This document shows, in pieces, positions 1 to 13,115 of a DNA stretch of 64,000 nt. Location of the stretch: contig NC_134026.1 of the NCBI RefSeq assembly GCF_964204645.1, forward strand, positions 9,695,950-9,759,949, written 5' to 3'. Each line of letters starts with the position of its first letter. Position 1 is the stretch's first letter. Under the pieces are notes generated by a model. The model had not been told where the DNA came from. It made no database searches and saw only the letters and a list, made by a program, of their open reading frames with translations. Both the position numbers and the translations under genes were made by a program. The stretch is from Tubulanus polymorphus (Eukaryota > Animalia > Nemertea).

Positions 1-341
1 CGTCTTATTCATAACAGCTTTTACTCTCTATTTCAACGGTTCCAAGCCGCAAATAGCAGTTCATGTTATCCCTGCCTAGACTACGGATAAATGTGCTTTC
101 TGAGGCTATGGGTGGGGACTAGCAGCTGACATCTCAACAATACGAATGTACGTATATGGTATATTCATTTTAGTTAATTTTCGGCTCGACTTTGTAATAA
201 GCGCTTATCAAAATTACTGTGGAATGAATCATGAATTTATTGTTGAACATGTCTGCCAACATGTGCTGGGCACATAATAATCAACTAAATGATGTATCTG
301 GCATCTGTATTAATTTACGTCGTTGATTAAGTCGGTGATGA

Positions 342-548
342 AAGTCACCCAAACCACCAAAGGTTGTCAGAAAAGGTCCAGTGAGTGATGTTCAGAAAGA
401 CCGCTATGCACATTGGCCAGCCAAACTTCAGAAACGGGGACGTTGTAAGAACTGTACGGATGGATACACAGATACCGCCTGCGAAAAATGCAATGTCCGT
501 CTCTGTTTCAATGATAAGAGGAATTGTTATATGATGTATCATACATAA
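342..548 (+). pseudogene. piggyBac (PGBD3-like) transposase C-terminal cysteine-rich domain fragment
   Basis: Manual translation gives KGPVSDVQKDRYAHWPAKLQKRGRCKNCTDGYTDTACEKCNVRLCFNDKRNCYMMYHT*, which has the piggyBac CRD pattern (HWP..RCxxC..CxxCxxxLC..NC..YH). It has no ATG, so it is absent from the ORF track. Confidence 0.85.
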
Positions 549-690
549 ATGTACTGAAAAGGTGTCAGTTACAATAGAAAATTAATCTGTAGTGTGAATA
601 AAGTCTTGAATTGATGTCGTTTCAGTTCTCATCCAAGAGATATGTATCCTATTGCCTTTAATCCCACTTTTAAGTTCCGTCGATTTGACG

Positions 691-963
691 TCACATACAA
701 ACATCTACATTCAAAGAGCAAATATACAGGCAAACGTCCAATATTAACTGGACCTGTCCATTTACAATATTGTAAAACTATATGTGGATGATTATAGCCA
801 ACTATCTTTTACAATGTCAAAGTGCTGTTCAAATATTAGTGATATTTTATCATTTGGTACTGATGGAGAAAGTGCGTTAAGTGATGCTGACAATCAGTTT
901 ATCACACATGCTGTTCATTTGAGATGCACACGCCATTTCGAATCTCATTTGAAAAATCATATT
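691..963 (+). pseudogene. MULE (Mutator-like) transposase fragment
   Basis: TYKHL..TGKRPILTGPV followed by FGTDGESAL..F..AVHLRCTRH, matching the second catalytic Asp region and CxxH motif of MULE transposases. Confidence 0.7.
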
Positions 964-1764
964 TTACCTACGGAAGCTCCTAGGTTACATATGGGATAAT
1001 TTTTTCTCAATTTCCACAAGTCGAAATTCGACTTATTAATTATTACAATTTTTCCGCAAACCATTACGGTTTGTGCAAACCCGTTTAAAACAAATGCACC
1101 TATTGATAAATGAGGAGTGTTGATAGAGGAAATCCCCAGTAGATGGCGCCACATGCATACAGGACCAGAGAGTTCACTTCGTGGTTCTGTATTGTATTAG
1201 CGTAACAAAGTCACAATAGCTTTTGTGCAAATTATCATATCAAAGGGATTCCAGACAATTGTTGTTCGGTGTATGGATGTAGTAATCGAGGTGGACATTT
1301 ATTCCTAGTTGACAAGGATCACCGAAGATGAATGGATGCCGAATAAACACAGCATAGTCTGTACAAAACACTTTAAACCTGATGGTTATATACAGCTAGG
1401 TAAGCATAAAATTGAATAAAGATGAATGTTAATATAATGATTTTAAAATTTCTGGCTGTGTTGTAGGTAGCTAGGCTTAATTTTTATCTTTTATAGAAAA
1501 AACTGTTAAAAAATGTTAACTTTCATAATAATGGTTAACGATTGATAGAACACTACATAGAATACTACTGATTTCAAGTTCTAATTTATATTTATACTCA
1601 CTATTGTTGTTTATAATTACCCCCTAGTTTGCTTCACTTTTAATCTATTTTAGCGTGTAACTGTATCTACGTTAATTTTCCTTTAGTTTGTATCATCTCT
1701 GATTACTTGAATTAGTCTCTTTGTCTCTGAATTGTATATATATCTCATAATTTTTGTAGTTTCT

Positions 1765-1815
1765 CATTATTCCTGAAGATGACTATTAGGATATAGTCGA
1801 AACATTGAAATAAAC
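1765..1815 (+). ncRNA. Degenerate minimal hammerhead ribozyme core, typical of Penelope-like element pseudo-LTRs
   Basis: CTGAAGA (1773-1779), then stem GACTAT/ATAGTC (1781-1798), then GAAAC (1799-1803). Flanks TTATTC and GAAATAA give an imperfect stem I. Confidence 0.55.
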
Positions 1816-1817
1816 TA

Positions 1818-2473
1818 CCGTATTTTCCGGTGTACAAGTCGAACCGGTGTATAAGTCAAGGTCAAATTTTCAGTTTAAAAAGTTGTGCTAGGGCTATAGT
1901 CGGTGTATAAGTCGAGTCGCTTCTTCATAAGTTTACATATGTCACATTGAAAACAGTGCCGATGTCATTCTCATAGTAGTTGAGAGTATTTACCACTAAT
2001 TGCATTATTAAATCATTGGGATCTGTTGTTTCTAATATTAAATTACCGGATTAGTGCTCATTGTTTGTATCCATGTGTTGAATGTATAGTGTATACGTTG
2101 AATGCTGTAGCGCCTGTAGTCTATTATTAGACTGACTGTGTATTTTATTGGCACGCTGCCACAGCATCGCAGCTTATATAAACACTGTACAATGAATATA
2201 CGCGGTTTTCTTTCTCTTTTGATTTTTAACATTAGTTAATTTTGAAACATTTCCAAACTATAAGAAACTATTTTTATCAACATCCTAAACTCTAATTGGT
2301 ATATGAGTGTAGCCTAACATAAATTAATATTCCATTTCATCATGGCGACCTTGAACTCTAAACATCGTCAGTTTAAAACGATATCGAAAGTGTAGCCGGT
2401 GTATAAGTCGACCTACGTTTTTTGGACATGATTTTTGGTCTCAAAAACTCGACTTATACACCAGAAAATACGG
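1818..2473. mobile_element. Tc1/mariner-pogo type MITE
   Basis: TIRs CCGTATTTTCCGGTGTACAAGTCG and CGACTTATACACCAGAAAATACGG, repeated GGTGTATAAGTCG subterminal motifs, TA on the left flank (TT on the right). Confidence 0.85.
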
Positions 2474-2824
2474 TTCTATCTCCAAGTTTCATTTTCGGAC
2501 TTTTTCGTCATAATTGTGGGATTCTCCTACATCTACGATAATGGTTAAATTTCTATATATCATACATACATTGGTCCTACACAGTATATATGATCTAATA
2601 CCACTAAAAGGCATTATTTGTTGTTGTATTGTAATGTTTTTTATTCAATCTACTTTTTTTGTTGATCTTTTATTTCCAGGTCAAAGAAAGAGGTTAATAT
2701 CAACAGCTATCCCTACCATTTTTGAATGGACCAAACCTGAACCCTAAGTGTCACTACCACAAGAGCACGATCGAGGAAGAGACTAGAATTCAACGACACC
2801 TCCTGTGGAAAACGAATCAACATA

Positions 2825-4225
2825 TGTTAGCATGTGCAGATGCCATCGGGATAAGTGGTTAGCAAGTGAGTGACCGAAAAATAAAGCAGTTTCTTATCAT
2901 CTGTAGAATGAACCCGTTGTGTTCTATTCTTTCTCTTACTTCTCATCGAACCTGGTTTTCTTCGTGACTCACAACTTCACATGACCAGGATCACCCGAAA
3001 CATGGAAGATACTCAACTGAACCGGCAGAAAGTGGATGATTTCGCGAAATCATCAAAAATCATCGAGGATTTACGAATGACCGAAGACATAGATTTGTCA
3101 AATATTTACACCGAGCAGATCACTAGAAAAGCTAGACTCGACGATCAAGGATCTAACTCCCTTAACTCATCTATCAGACATGATCCGGGAAGCAGAGGTC
3201 TAGCGTCATCGAAAAATGCAGCCAGATGATCAGATTCGTAGAAAAAACGACAAACACAACGCAACCACATAATTCGTCAATGAACAATTCTGGTGCTTCT
3301 GCGGTGTCATTTCGTTCGAACAATGTTAAGCGTAAGTCCAAAAGCTATTGGACTTACGTTTAAACTTACGCTCGCAAAGTTTGACAGCAATTTACTTTAA
3401 TGGCAGGAATTTATTGACGGATTTAATTCAGCGGTCAATGACGACCCAAATCTCGACGATGTCGTTAAGTTCCAATACTTTCACGCGCAACTTATCGGCG
3501 AAGCTTACCGAACGATTGAGGGACTGGCCCTCACCGTTTCAAATTATGCGAACGCGCTTTAAGTCCTAATAAAAAGGTATGGGCAACCGCAAATAATCAT
3601 CAGTGCATATATGCAGGCGTTATGGGAACTTACGTGACTGACAGAAGACATAGAGTCTCATGGAATTTTTGGAAAAACTCGAACCATATATCCAAGGACT
3701 AAAGGTTGGCTTATGTCGACAAGCAACGCGAAGCCTATCGACGCAAGTGGGTTAATCGTCGATTAGCGGCCTACAAGAGGCCGCCAGTTGCTGATCTATC
3801 TGTTCAACATAAGCCGGCTCGCGACGGCAATCTGACACCTACCAACTCGTCGCAAGCTGTATCCGGCCATCCATGTTCTACTCCGGCCTACAGTAGGCGG
3901 ACAGTTGCTTCTGACCGGAACCGACATAAGCTCATATGCGACGCGACGGAACTGAGCGCAAGGTTTCCAGCCAATAAGAAACAGCATATACAGTACAAGT
4001 TATGACGGCTAGTTAGCTTCATAAACTAAGTATTTCGAAACGTTAACCAAACCTTCAACACGGCAGGTGACTGGACTGAAGATCTAGAAGCGTAGTTGGT
4101 AGAATTATGGTGTGAGCAGCCTCTCGTAGGCCGCTAGTTGCCCCTAATCGGTGATAAACCCAGTTGTGTCGGTAGGCATCGCGTTGCTTGTCGACATAAG
4201 CCAGCCTTTACAGACACTTGGTCCT
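2825..4225 (+). mobile_element. BEL/Pao LTR retrotransposon 5' fragment (LTR remnant plus gag, DUF1759-like)
   Basis: TGTTAG...CA segment with AATAAA (about 2825-2945), then WQEFIDGFNSAVNDDPNLDDVVKFQYFHAQLIGEAYRTIEGL...RYGQPQIIISAYMQAL...YIQGL|QTLG, interrupted by a MITE. Confidence 0.8.
3702..4208. mobile_element. MITE with long TIRs inserted into BEL gag
   Basis: AAGGTTGGCTTATGTCGACAAGCAACGCGA and TCGCGTTGCTTGTCGACATAAGCCAGCCTT termini, flanked by TA on both sides. Removing it restores in-frame gag GLQTLG. Confidence 0.9.
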
Positions 4226-4747
4226 GCAGCATACGACTTAGATTATAGATACAGTAACTGTAAAAATCTATCCATGGAGGATCAGTTTTTTCTATCACCG
4301 ATTGGCGATATATAATTCACAGAGAACCGCCCGACAGCTACGGTTGTACCTGTTGTTGTATCAGTTTCTTATCTAAGTTGATGGTTACTTATGCATGGTT
4401 CCGTAAGTAAATTCCCTCTGTGTAGAAAAGGGAGTGCCAAAAATTTCATTTATTTATGAATTCCCTGAACGACTAGTTTACATGACCCGCAGTACCGGTG
4501 ATCATCGCCAAAGGCTGTTACTGCAGTCCGCAAAAAACTACGTCCAACTGGATTTTTTTTCGAATATGCAACGAAATTTCTCATTGATTCGATCAAATGA
4601 TACATTTCTTTATAATACGTAAAATTTACATGGATTCAGCATTTTTAAGAATAAATTCAATGATTCAGCGAAATTGATATAATAATCATCGTTTCAGCGA
4701 TACAGTGATTCAGCGATTCAGCGAAGTTCGAATGCCCGCCTTACAGG

Positions 4748-5830
4748 CTAACTCAGGAGAAGCCTATGACCTTGTGCACGACTTGTAGATATTGAATTTG
4801 TCACATCAGACAACATTAAGGGATTTCTCCCACCACCTCGCCCAACACCTGGATTTTTGACTGATTTCATCGAATTCATCAAGAAAGACATTGATCTGAC
4901 CAGCTTCGACCATTTGAAAAAAATTTTATAATTGCGTTCCATGAAATTAAAATCAAACAAGGACACACATATACGACTGAAACTGGCGAACTTATTGGGT
5001 TTATAAATTTTGGCAACTTTCTAAATGAGATTGAAGATTTAGATTCTGAAAATTCTGTAAGTGCAACCAAGGTTCAAGGGCCACATGTTACATCTTGTGG
5101 TCTGTGGCATATTTACCCATTTAAACACTGTTTTTGCATATTTTCTAAGTGCAGGCTTCACGAGTCAACAATTGTATGTTGCTGTATGGGAAGAAATTAA
5201 AATTCTAGAACTAAATGATTTTCATGTTAGAGGAGTCGTTTTGGACAGAGCAGCTCTGAACAGAGAATTGCACAGAATACACGGACATTGAAGAAAATGA
5301 TATATTCTATATACATTCTATATAAACGTATATTCTACCGACAATCAAGAGCGTATTGGATCCAATTTCTACTTTTTCTGCAATGTACCACATCTCCTGA
5401 AAACTAACAGAAACAATATCGAAAATTCTAATTGGCGCAACAAGACAAGAAACTTTGAGGAAACGTTGGTATTTTCTTTCATTGATAACATTTCGTTTAT
5501 CTAATAAAAATGCTTACTTATGTTTCACATGATTTTTGACCGCTATATTGTAAGCAATCCATACAACCACACTCGTCAAAGAAACGAGTATTTGAAGCCT
5601 TATACCAAAGATAACCTTGAGAGATAAGATGTAAGTATTGGTAGTGAATATGAAAATGATCAAAGATTGAAGGATGAATGGTAAGATATCAACTCCCTTT
5701 TCAGTGGCTGATTCATACCGTTTTTCGATTCACTGGAGTGTCTTAGGAGAATAGAAGTGCCGATTGATTATCGCAGGCAAATAATGTGTCTGAGTCATGA
5801 AACTCTAGGAGGAATTCAGATTCCATACAA
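4748..5830 (+). pseudogene. P-element/THAP9-like transposase remnant
   Basis: FHEIKIKQG...TGELIGF; HMLHLVVCGIFT...QLYVAVWEEIKILE..F.V..VVLDRAALNR; FFCNVPHLLKTNRNN (decayed DxxH motif). Frameshifted, probably with introns. Confidence 0.8.
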
Positions 5831-5844
5831 TTATATAGTAAAGC

Positions 5845-6295
5845 GGTATTTAAAGAACTTTTAAAGTTTGCCTCTTCTGGTATTTTCATGTATAACAATC
5901 ATTTGTTCCGTCAAGTGGATGGCGTCACCATGAGCAGCCCTCTAGGTCCCACGTTTGCAAATTTCTGCAAGCACACTTAGAAAACAGCTTATTGACTGAA
6001 TCAAAATTCAAGCCAGCTTTATACTTGAGATATGTAGATGATGTATTTTGTGTATTTAGAGACCACTCCACATATCCACAGTTCTTTCAACAATAAACTG
6101 TTTACATTCTTGTTTAGAATTCACTTATGAAATTGGTCCTAACATTCTACCGTTCTTTGACACTCAAATAGAGACTCCTTTAGAAATAGGTAAAAATTTC
6201 AAAATAAGTGTCTACCGAAAATGTTCAAATATGGGTCTTTTACTCAACTTTAATGCATTGTGTCCATTTAAGTGGAAAACTGGTTTAGTCTATTT
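5845..6295 (+). pseudogene. Penelope-like element reverse transcriptase fragment
   Basis: FMYNNHLFRQVDGVTMSSPLGPTFANF...YLRYVDDVFCVF...LPFFD...SVYRK..NMGLLLNFNALCP.KWKTGL. Confidence 0.9.
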
Positions 6296-6739
6296 AGTCA
6301 ATATGCTAACCCGAAAACGTTCGACTAATTAAACATGATTTGGCAAATGAAACTGTTCTTTTATGGATTTTTAATCATCTGACCTCTCTACCGAGGATAT
6401 AAAGATTTGTACGGATTTATAAAGATTATTTTCTGAGTTATCTGAGGTGAATTACTCGGTGAAACTAGAAAATGGAAAGCATTTCAACGTGTGGCAACAG
6501 TGGAACCAGTCAAACAACCACCACCAATCCTGATGGAAACGATACCAATGATGCAGATCAATTTCCTCATGGAAAAATGAGTCAGGAGTCTGAATCGACT
6601 AAAAATCAGGTGTAATTGAAATTATTTTTAAGAAGAGTCTCAAAAATGATATCATTATTCATATTTTGTGTTTTGTCATGCTAGTATTGAGCTTTTGGTT
6701 GGCTGTAGAATATCAGACGACAGGAAAAGATCAGATCAG

Positions 6740-7040
6740 AAATGTCGACCAATTTCTCCGTCAAATTGGGACTTTCAGAGTTTGTTACCACGAGTTAACG
6801 CAGTTCCAGAGATGCTGAACAATTTCTCTGTCAAATCAGGGCTTTCAGTGTTTGTTACTGTGAGTTAGCGTAGTTCCAGAGATGCTGAACAATTTCTCTG
6901 TCAAATCAGGACTTTCAGTGTTTGTTACCGCAAGTTAGCGTAGTTCCAGAGATGTCGAACAATTTCTCTGTCAAATCAGGACTTTCAATGTTTGTTACCG
7001 CGAGTTAGCGTAGTTCCAGAGATGCTGAACAATTTCTCTG
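6740..7040. repeat. 70-bp minisatellite, about 4.3 copies
   Basis: AATTTCTCYG recurs at 6751, 6821, 6891, 6961 and 7031 with a conserved intervening sequence. Confidence 0.95.
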
Positions 7041-8074
7041 AGGCTGAAAGCTTCAGGTATAGGTTGAATGTAAATACACATTGTACATCTATTGGAAAAT
7101 AAATATGAACTGATGGTTTGATTGGCTGGTTTGTTGTTGAATCTGATTGTGGGTTATTAATTACTGATGTGCTGCGACTTTGCGTCTTAAATGCATACAT
7201 TTCAAAGGGCTTCTCTTGTTTTTGTTGTGCTGGTTAAATTATTTTGTAAATGAAAATTGAGGATGTCAAACTTTGGTTTAGAGTTTTGTTACAGTGATTA
7301 ATGAATGCACTGTATATGTGGAGATTATGTAATGATAATTTGCTTGCAGTAGTATAGTAGAACATTCCCCTGTGTGTACTGTCATGGCAAATAACACTTT
7401 TTTCGATCAGTTTATGCTCCACATCGATGAAGTCATGTGCCTGCAAAGCATGTTGAAAATCAACTGGATTCCCTTCTTGATAAGCAGGAAGGGGTCATCG
7501 ATTGGCCCTCCAGGTCTTACGACCAGGAATACAGGTTAATCTGGTCGAATACAGATTAATCAGAAAGGATACATTTTGAAATCATGAATAATATGGGCAC
7601 TTCATCATCTTCTATAGATTATTTTGATGGAAGATAAAACTAAAACTTCATTTTATTTCAGGCAGCAGTTAGAGCCATCACAGCTAAAGTAATCAACATA
7701 CAGATTTAGAATGGAATTTTGAAAGGTAAGAAGAATATGTGGATGTGAATGAATATGTGAATGGTGATTATCGGTTTGTACATGAACTGAAAACCTAAAA
7801 ATCAATGAGTCCATGGTCCGTACTACCATGACACAGTTTTATGATTCTAGTTCAGTGATGACATGTTTTTCATTACACAACATCCATTTACTTCCTGGCA
7901 AGGGCCTTGCCTATCAGCTCTGCTGATACTGATCTTTCATTTACTGTATCTATTATGTTACCAATATCTAATGTCTGATTTCTAAATGAGTGTCTATAAC
8001 CTGTTTTTTCCAGTGGTAGGAACAGCAGCAAAAAGTTATTTTAAACATTGACTGGGATAAAAACAAAAAGAAAC

Positions 8075-8300
8075 AAGGGGCCAATGTTTTAGCGCTAGAC
8101 TTCATGTCATCAGAGAAAAGTGATGCTGAGGATCAATCGATGAGGATTTAAGTACAATTTTTGTGGAGTCAAACAGACTGTCGAAAGCCAAATGTAATTT
8201 GGATTGTACCAATAAAAACTCTCTCCATTCACATTTAGCAATGCTTCTAGTTGAGCCAACCACAAAGGAAGGAGTCGCATGCGATGAAATCCCTAAAAAC
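8075..8300 (+). pseudogene. Possible fragment of a C14orf93/DUF4616-like protein
   Basis: VLALDFMSSEKSDAE...ESNRLSKAKCNLD resembles the MSxExD...xRSxxL...LD motif. Recognised from memory only. Confidence 0.3.
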
Positions 8301-8521
8301 ATTCTAATATCTCTACTTTACTTCCTGATGACAATACAGCACCTAAGTATCTTCAAGTATATTTCATTGACAACCGAGAGGCTCAGCTCCAAAGCCGTGT
8401 GTCTATTTTCAATGACTACAGACCAGATATATTGGGCAAACTGTATCCAATTATGAGTGAACAAACTGAAGAACTATTAGCAGATGACAATTCAATGGGT
8501 GGCGAACCTTAAAAACCAAAC

Positions 8522-8875
8522 ATGATAGTCAATGAATTTCTATGCTTTTGTATGAACAGCAAGAAAACTGATCCATTAAATATGGTGAGAGACATGTGTG
8601 AAAGTTTCTATGATATATCAGCTATAGAGTTTGCGAAGAAAGCCCTGTTCACCTGCATTGATAAGCGTTGGAATATAAGAAAAGGCCAAGGTGCGGAGAA
8701 GAAACACATGGAAGATATTTTGCAAGTATTATTGACTATTGATGCAGACAAGCTACCTTACTTGGTGGCTTTGAACTTGGATAATATCCCTTCTGCTATA
8801 GGGAAAGCGCCTGATATTAACTCTTTAATGAAGGAAATAAAGAAAATTAACCAAATAAATATCGGTCACAACTAA
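8522..8875 (+). pseudogene. CR1-group LINE ORF1 N-terminal fragment
   Basis: IVNEFLCF...C.SFY...I..AKK.LF...RKG...EDI...LP.LVA.NL.NIP pattern, characteristic of invertebrate CR1 ORF1. Confidence 0.75.
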
Positions 8876-9558
8876 TGCAACACAAGATCATCTTATAAAA
8901 GAAATCGCTCCAGCAGGGAACAATTATGTTGGAGCTTCCCCAGATGGACTTTTGTCCTGTGACTGTTGCGGACAGGGTGTTCTCAAAATAAAATGCCCCT
9001 ACTGCAAGGCGAACAAAACAATAATGGATCAACTGGTGACAAGCATTTTTGTTTGGAGACTGTTTATAATCTAACACGTCTAAAGGGAGATTATCAGTAT
9101 TACATCAGGTTCAATGCCTATGGCTATAACGGGCAGAAACTATTGCAACTAGAGTGTGGACTGGAAGAAGCTATTTGTAGAATGAATGCTATGTGACAAT
9201 GAATTTTTCTTCAGATAAGTTTCCACAGTTACCGACTTATATTTCGTGCATTTTACCAGAGTAACTGGGCAAATATTTCACCGACATTCATGTTCTTACA
9301 GAGACAACAAACAGTAATGATGCCACTGTGAATATTTGTATTTGTCAGGTCGACTTTCCGACAAATATTTTGTTCGCATCCAGAGCGCAAAATGAAATAA
9401 ATCAAATTAACATAAATATCTTAAACATTACATTAATTCTTATTCTGACTTAACCACTGAAGTAGATGCGTTACAGAGAGAGTTACAGGCAATTTTCACA
9501 ATTTTTTCCATTGTAGTCATAGTTGATGTTACACTCGTTTGGAGTACATTATATTACT

Positions 9559-10279
<721 letters not shown>

Positions 10280-10412
10280 GTGGCATCTGTCTACATATGA
10301 TCCTTAGGACCTATATAATCAATCTAGCAGAGCTGCAAAGTGGTACTAAAAATGCCATCAAAACTGCTTTCTAGAACCCTATTTCAGATTGACTCCCTCA
10401 CTATTATTTGTT

Positions 10413-12268
10413 ATCACTGCATTGGGGGTAAGTCACCCCTCAATGACGCTCGGAATTAAACTATTTTTGCGTTTTGATTTCCCAGAAAACGTATAACCCA
10501 GAATAAAACCTGCCCGGAAAACCTGGAGTCAAAAATCCTGGAGGGTATCATGGGTGAGGGTTGGATGGGATTCGTGGGTGTTTGATATTTGGGCAGAGAT
10601 ATTATGATTCGGATTAATCAACACTAGTATGCAGTTTTCGAAAAAACGCCAAATATAGGCTAAACTAGAAACCATAAACCTGACTTAATGTTTGCATTAG
10701 TGGACATTGTAGTATGAAAACCATTGTTGTGCGGGTGCGAACAAAACAACTTTATTTTCCTTTAACTAAACAAAGTTCAACAACAAATAACAAAGAATTC
10801 TTTAAAATGCTAATTTTGGCTTTTGAACTGTTTTTACGAACAGAATATTGACAAAAAGCGATACGGAAAGGACACAAACTATGGAAATTGACAATCATTT
10901 ACTCCTGTTTAAATCCGTAGTAATTGAGATTTGCGTGCGCACAGAACGAAAAAATGAAAACAGTACTGATAATATGGGTATCTTTTATCTGAAATCAGCA
11001 GCTCATAAAACCTAATTTTGACAGTGAATTGGCATCGACCTAATGTGGAGAATCGCCAACGAAAAAAGAGGCATCGATATATCGATAGTACGGATTGGCA
11101 CCATCGGAGAAGGAAGGAGTTGGTGAGACAGAAATCATCAATTTTATGCTTTCTATACACACATATCATATTGACGGCAATTGGATCTCCTTCGCTGATG
11201 CCGAGTCGCGGTGTCGTAATGCAAGGGAGGATATTGTCCAGTTCCGTGTCCTTTTAATATCACTATAACCTGAACATTTTTCCCATTTTATTTTGAATTC
11301 GTGACATCTAATAAGGATGCAATAATTCATTGAACAACACAAAGAAAATCATAAGTATTTTGAATCAAGTGTTGAAATAAATTCGAATTCAGTGATGGTG
11401 AAACCAATGATCACTTAACGACAATGCTGTGCCCTGAAACCTATGAAAGATCAAGGTAATTGATTGAAGCCAGTCAACCAAAGCTATCATATTTGGTTTC
11501 AAAAATATCAGAAATTTTTGATAGCCCTTTACATGTGTCATGCGTTTTTTTTCAGTTAACGAGAAGAATCAGAACATAAAGAGATTCAAAAATAAAGATC
11601 ATAGTAAATATTAATAGGCCTAACTATTGTGGTATGGGAACCTTTGCTAACTTTTCTGTTCTTCTTCTATGACATCACCAACGCGGCTGAGGGTGAATTT
11701 GAATTGTGTCATAAATAAGGAGAAAAAAGCCGATAAAAACTAAGTACATGGAAGATAGTTAGACGTCAAATACAACCAAATGGAATACGAGCTACTGGGA
11801 GTGGATGAACTGTATATTGCAACTGATAATTCCCGTGAGTTATTCCCCTTAAAACTTGGTTGTTAAATTCGTGAGGGAACAAAGAAGAGCAATCCAACAA
11901 TGCAGACAATGGTTTGTCGAAATCAAACAATATGTCGAGGCACAATTACGCGCTACACTGAAATCAGAAAGAACGCTCGGATGCAGAGGAAGTAGATATC
12001 CGCAAAACAGGGAACTTACTCCTAAAAAGCCTTGTAAATCGAAAAAGTAAAACTAGATTTTAAATCGTCACTGCATCGAGGGAATGTCGCCCCTCAATGA
12101 CGGTTGGAAATACACTTCGAAAGATTTAGGATGCAGAACATGAAACCTGGAATAAAAAATCCCGGAGGGTATTATCGGTGATAGTGGGTGGGAGATTATG
12201 GATGTGGGAGATTATGGGTGTTGCATATTTGGCCAGACGTATTATGATCCTGATTCATTGATGCTAGA
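10413..12268 (+). repeat. Two diverged direct copies of an unclassified ~200-bp repeat (10413-10628 and 12067-12268)
   Basis: Both share TCACTGCAT..GGG...GTC.CCCCTCAATGACG, AAAAATCC.GGAGGGTAT and ATATTTGG.CAGA..TATTATGAT...CTAG. Confidence 0.75.
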
Positions 12269-12274
12269 ATTAGG

Positions 12275-13115
12275 AGACTGAAAAGAAAAGTTCCCCTTAA
12301 AAAGGTTCAGGCCCCAGTACAACCACACGAAATACGGGACGGACCATTTGTGAAGGTAATGGTGGATTGTGTAGGCCCGTTGACCGAGTCCCATAATGGT
12401 ATGAAACAGATCGTAGTATTTTCTGTCATTTCACAAGGTATGCAGAGGCATTCGCTTTTCCAGACATAACAGCTCCAACAATTGCATACTTGTTGCTCAA
12501 TCAGATCATCCTACGGTATGGATTCATGGCAGAGTTGCTTAGTGATAGAGGGAGTAATTTTATGAGTGAATTAGTGTCAGAGATTTTGAAATTAAAACAT
12601 GTAAAGTATAAAAGAACTAGTTCCCTTAACCCGCGTTGCAATGGGCTTTGTGAGAAAACAAATAAAATCTTAGGTGATCTTCTCAGTATGATGGTTTTAG
12701 AAAAGCAAACAGATTGGTCAGACTTCTTGCAATCAGCTTTATATGCATATAACGGAAGCGCAATGAAATCCATAGCAAATTATTCTCTGTTTTATCTTAT
12801 GTTTTTGAGACACCCAAAGACACGTTTGGACTACGCGCTTAGAACCTGCCGACAGAGCAAAGAATGTCGATAGTTATGTAAATATGGCCACTGAAAGACT
12901 TAGATAGGCATATGCATTAGCTAGGGAAGGAATCTTAGAAGCTAAGGTTCAATTTGAGAAGCAGAGTGACAAAAAGGCAACCGATGTTCTGTTCAAAGTT
13001 CGGGATCATTGCTGTGTATTTTTCGCTAATTACATAAAGGGTTAAGCAGGAAACTTGAGAAATGAAAAGAGGGCCTGTATCAGATTACTCAGGTGTTAGG
13101 TCCAGCTACTTTCAG
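12275..13115 (+). pseudogene. Gypsy integrase fragment
   Basis: PFVKVMVDCVGPL...FTRYAEAF...LLSDRGSNF...NPRCNGLCEKTN...W...L.AYN (D,D35E core) plus a GPY motif near 13070. Clearly homologous to the integrase at 46.6-47.4 kb. Confidence 0.92.

Larger units (their letters stand above)
1248..2747 (+). pseudogene. Two-exon THAP zinc-finger remnant (DNA-transposon derived)
   Basis: Exon 1 (1248-1399) reads PDNCCSVYGCSNR...W.PNKHSIVCTKHF. A GT donor at 1400 and AG acceptor at 2678-2679 are phase-compatible. Exon 2 reads GQRKRLISTAIPTIF (AVPTIF box). The start is ATT and there are internal stops. Confidence 0.8.
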
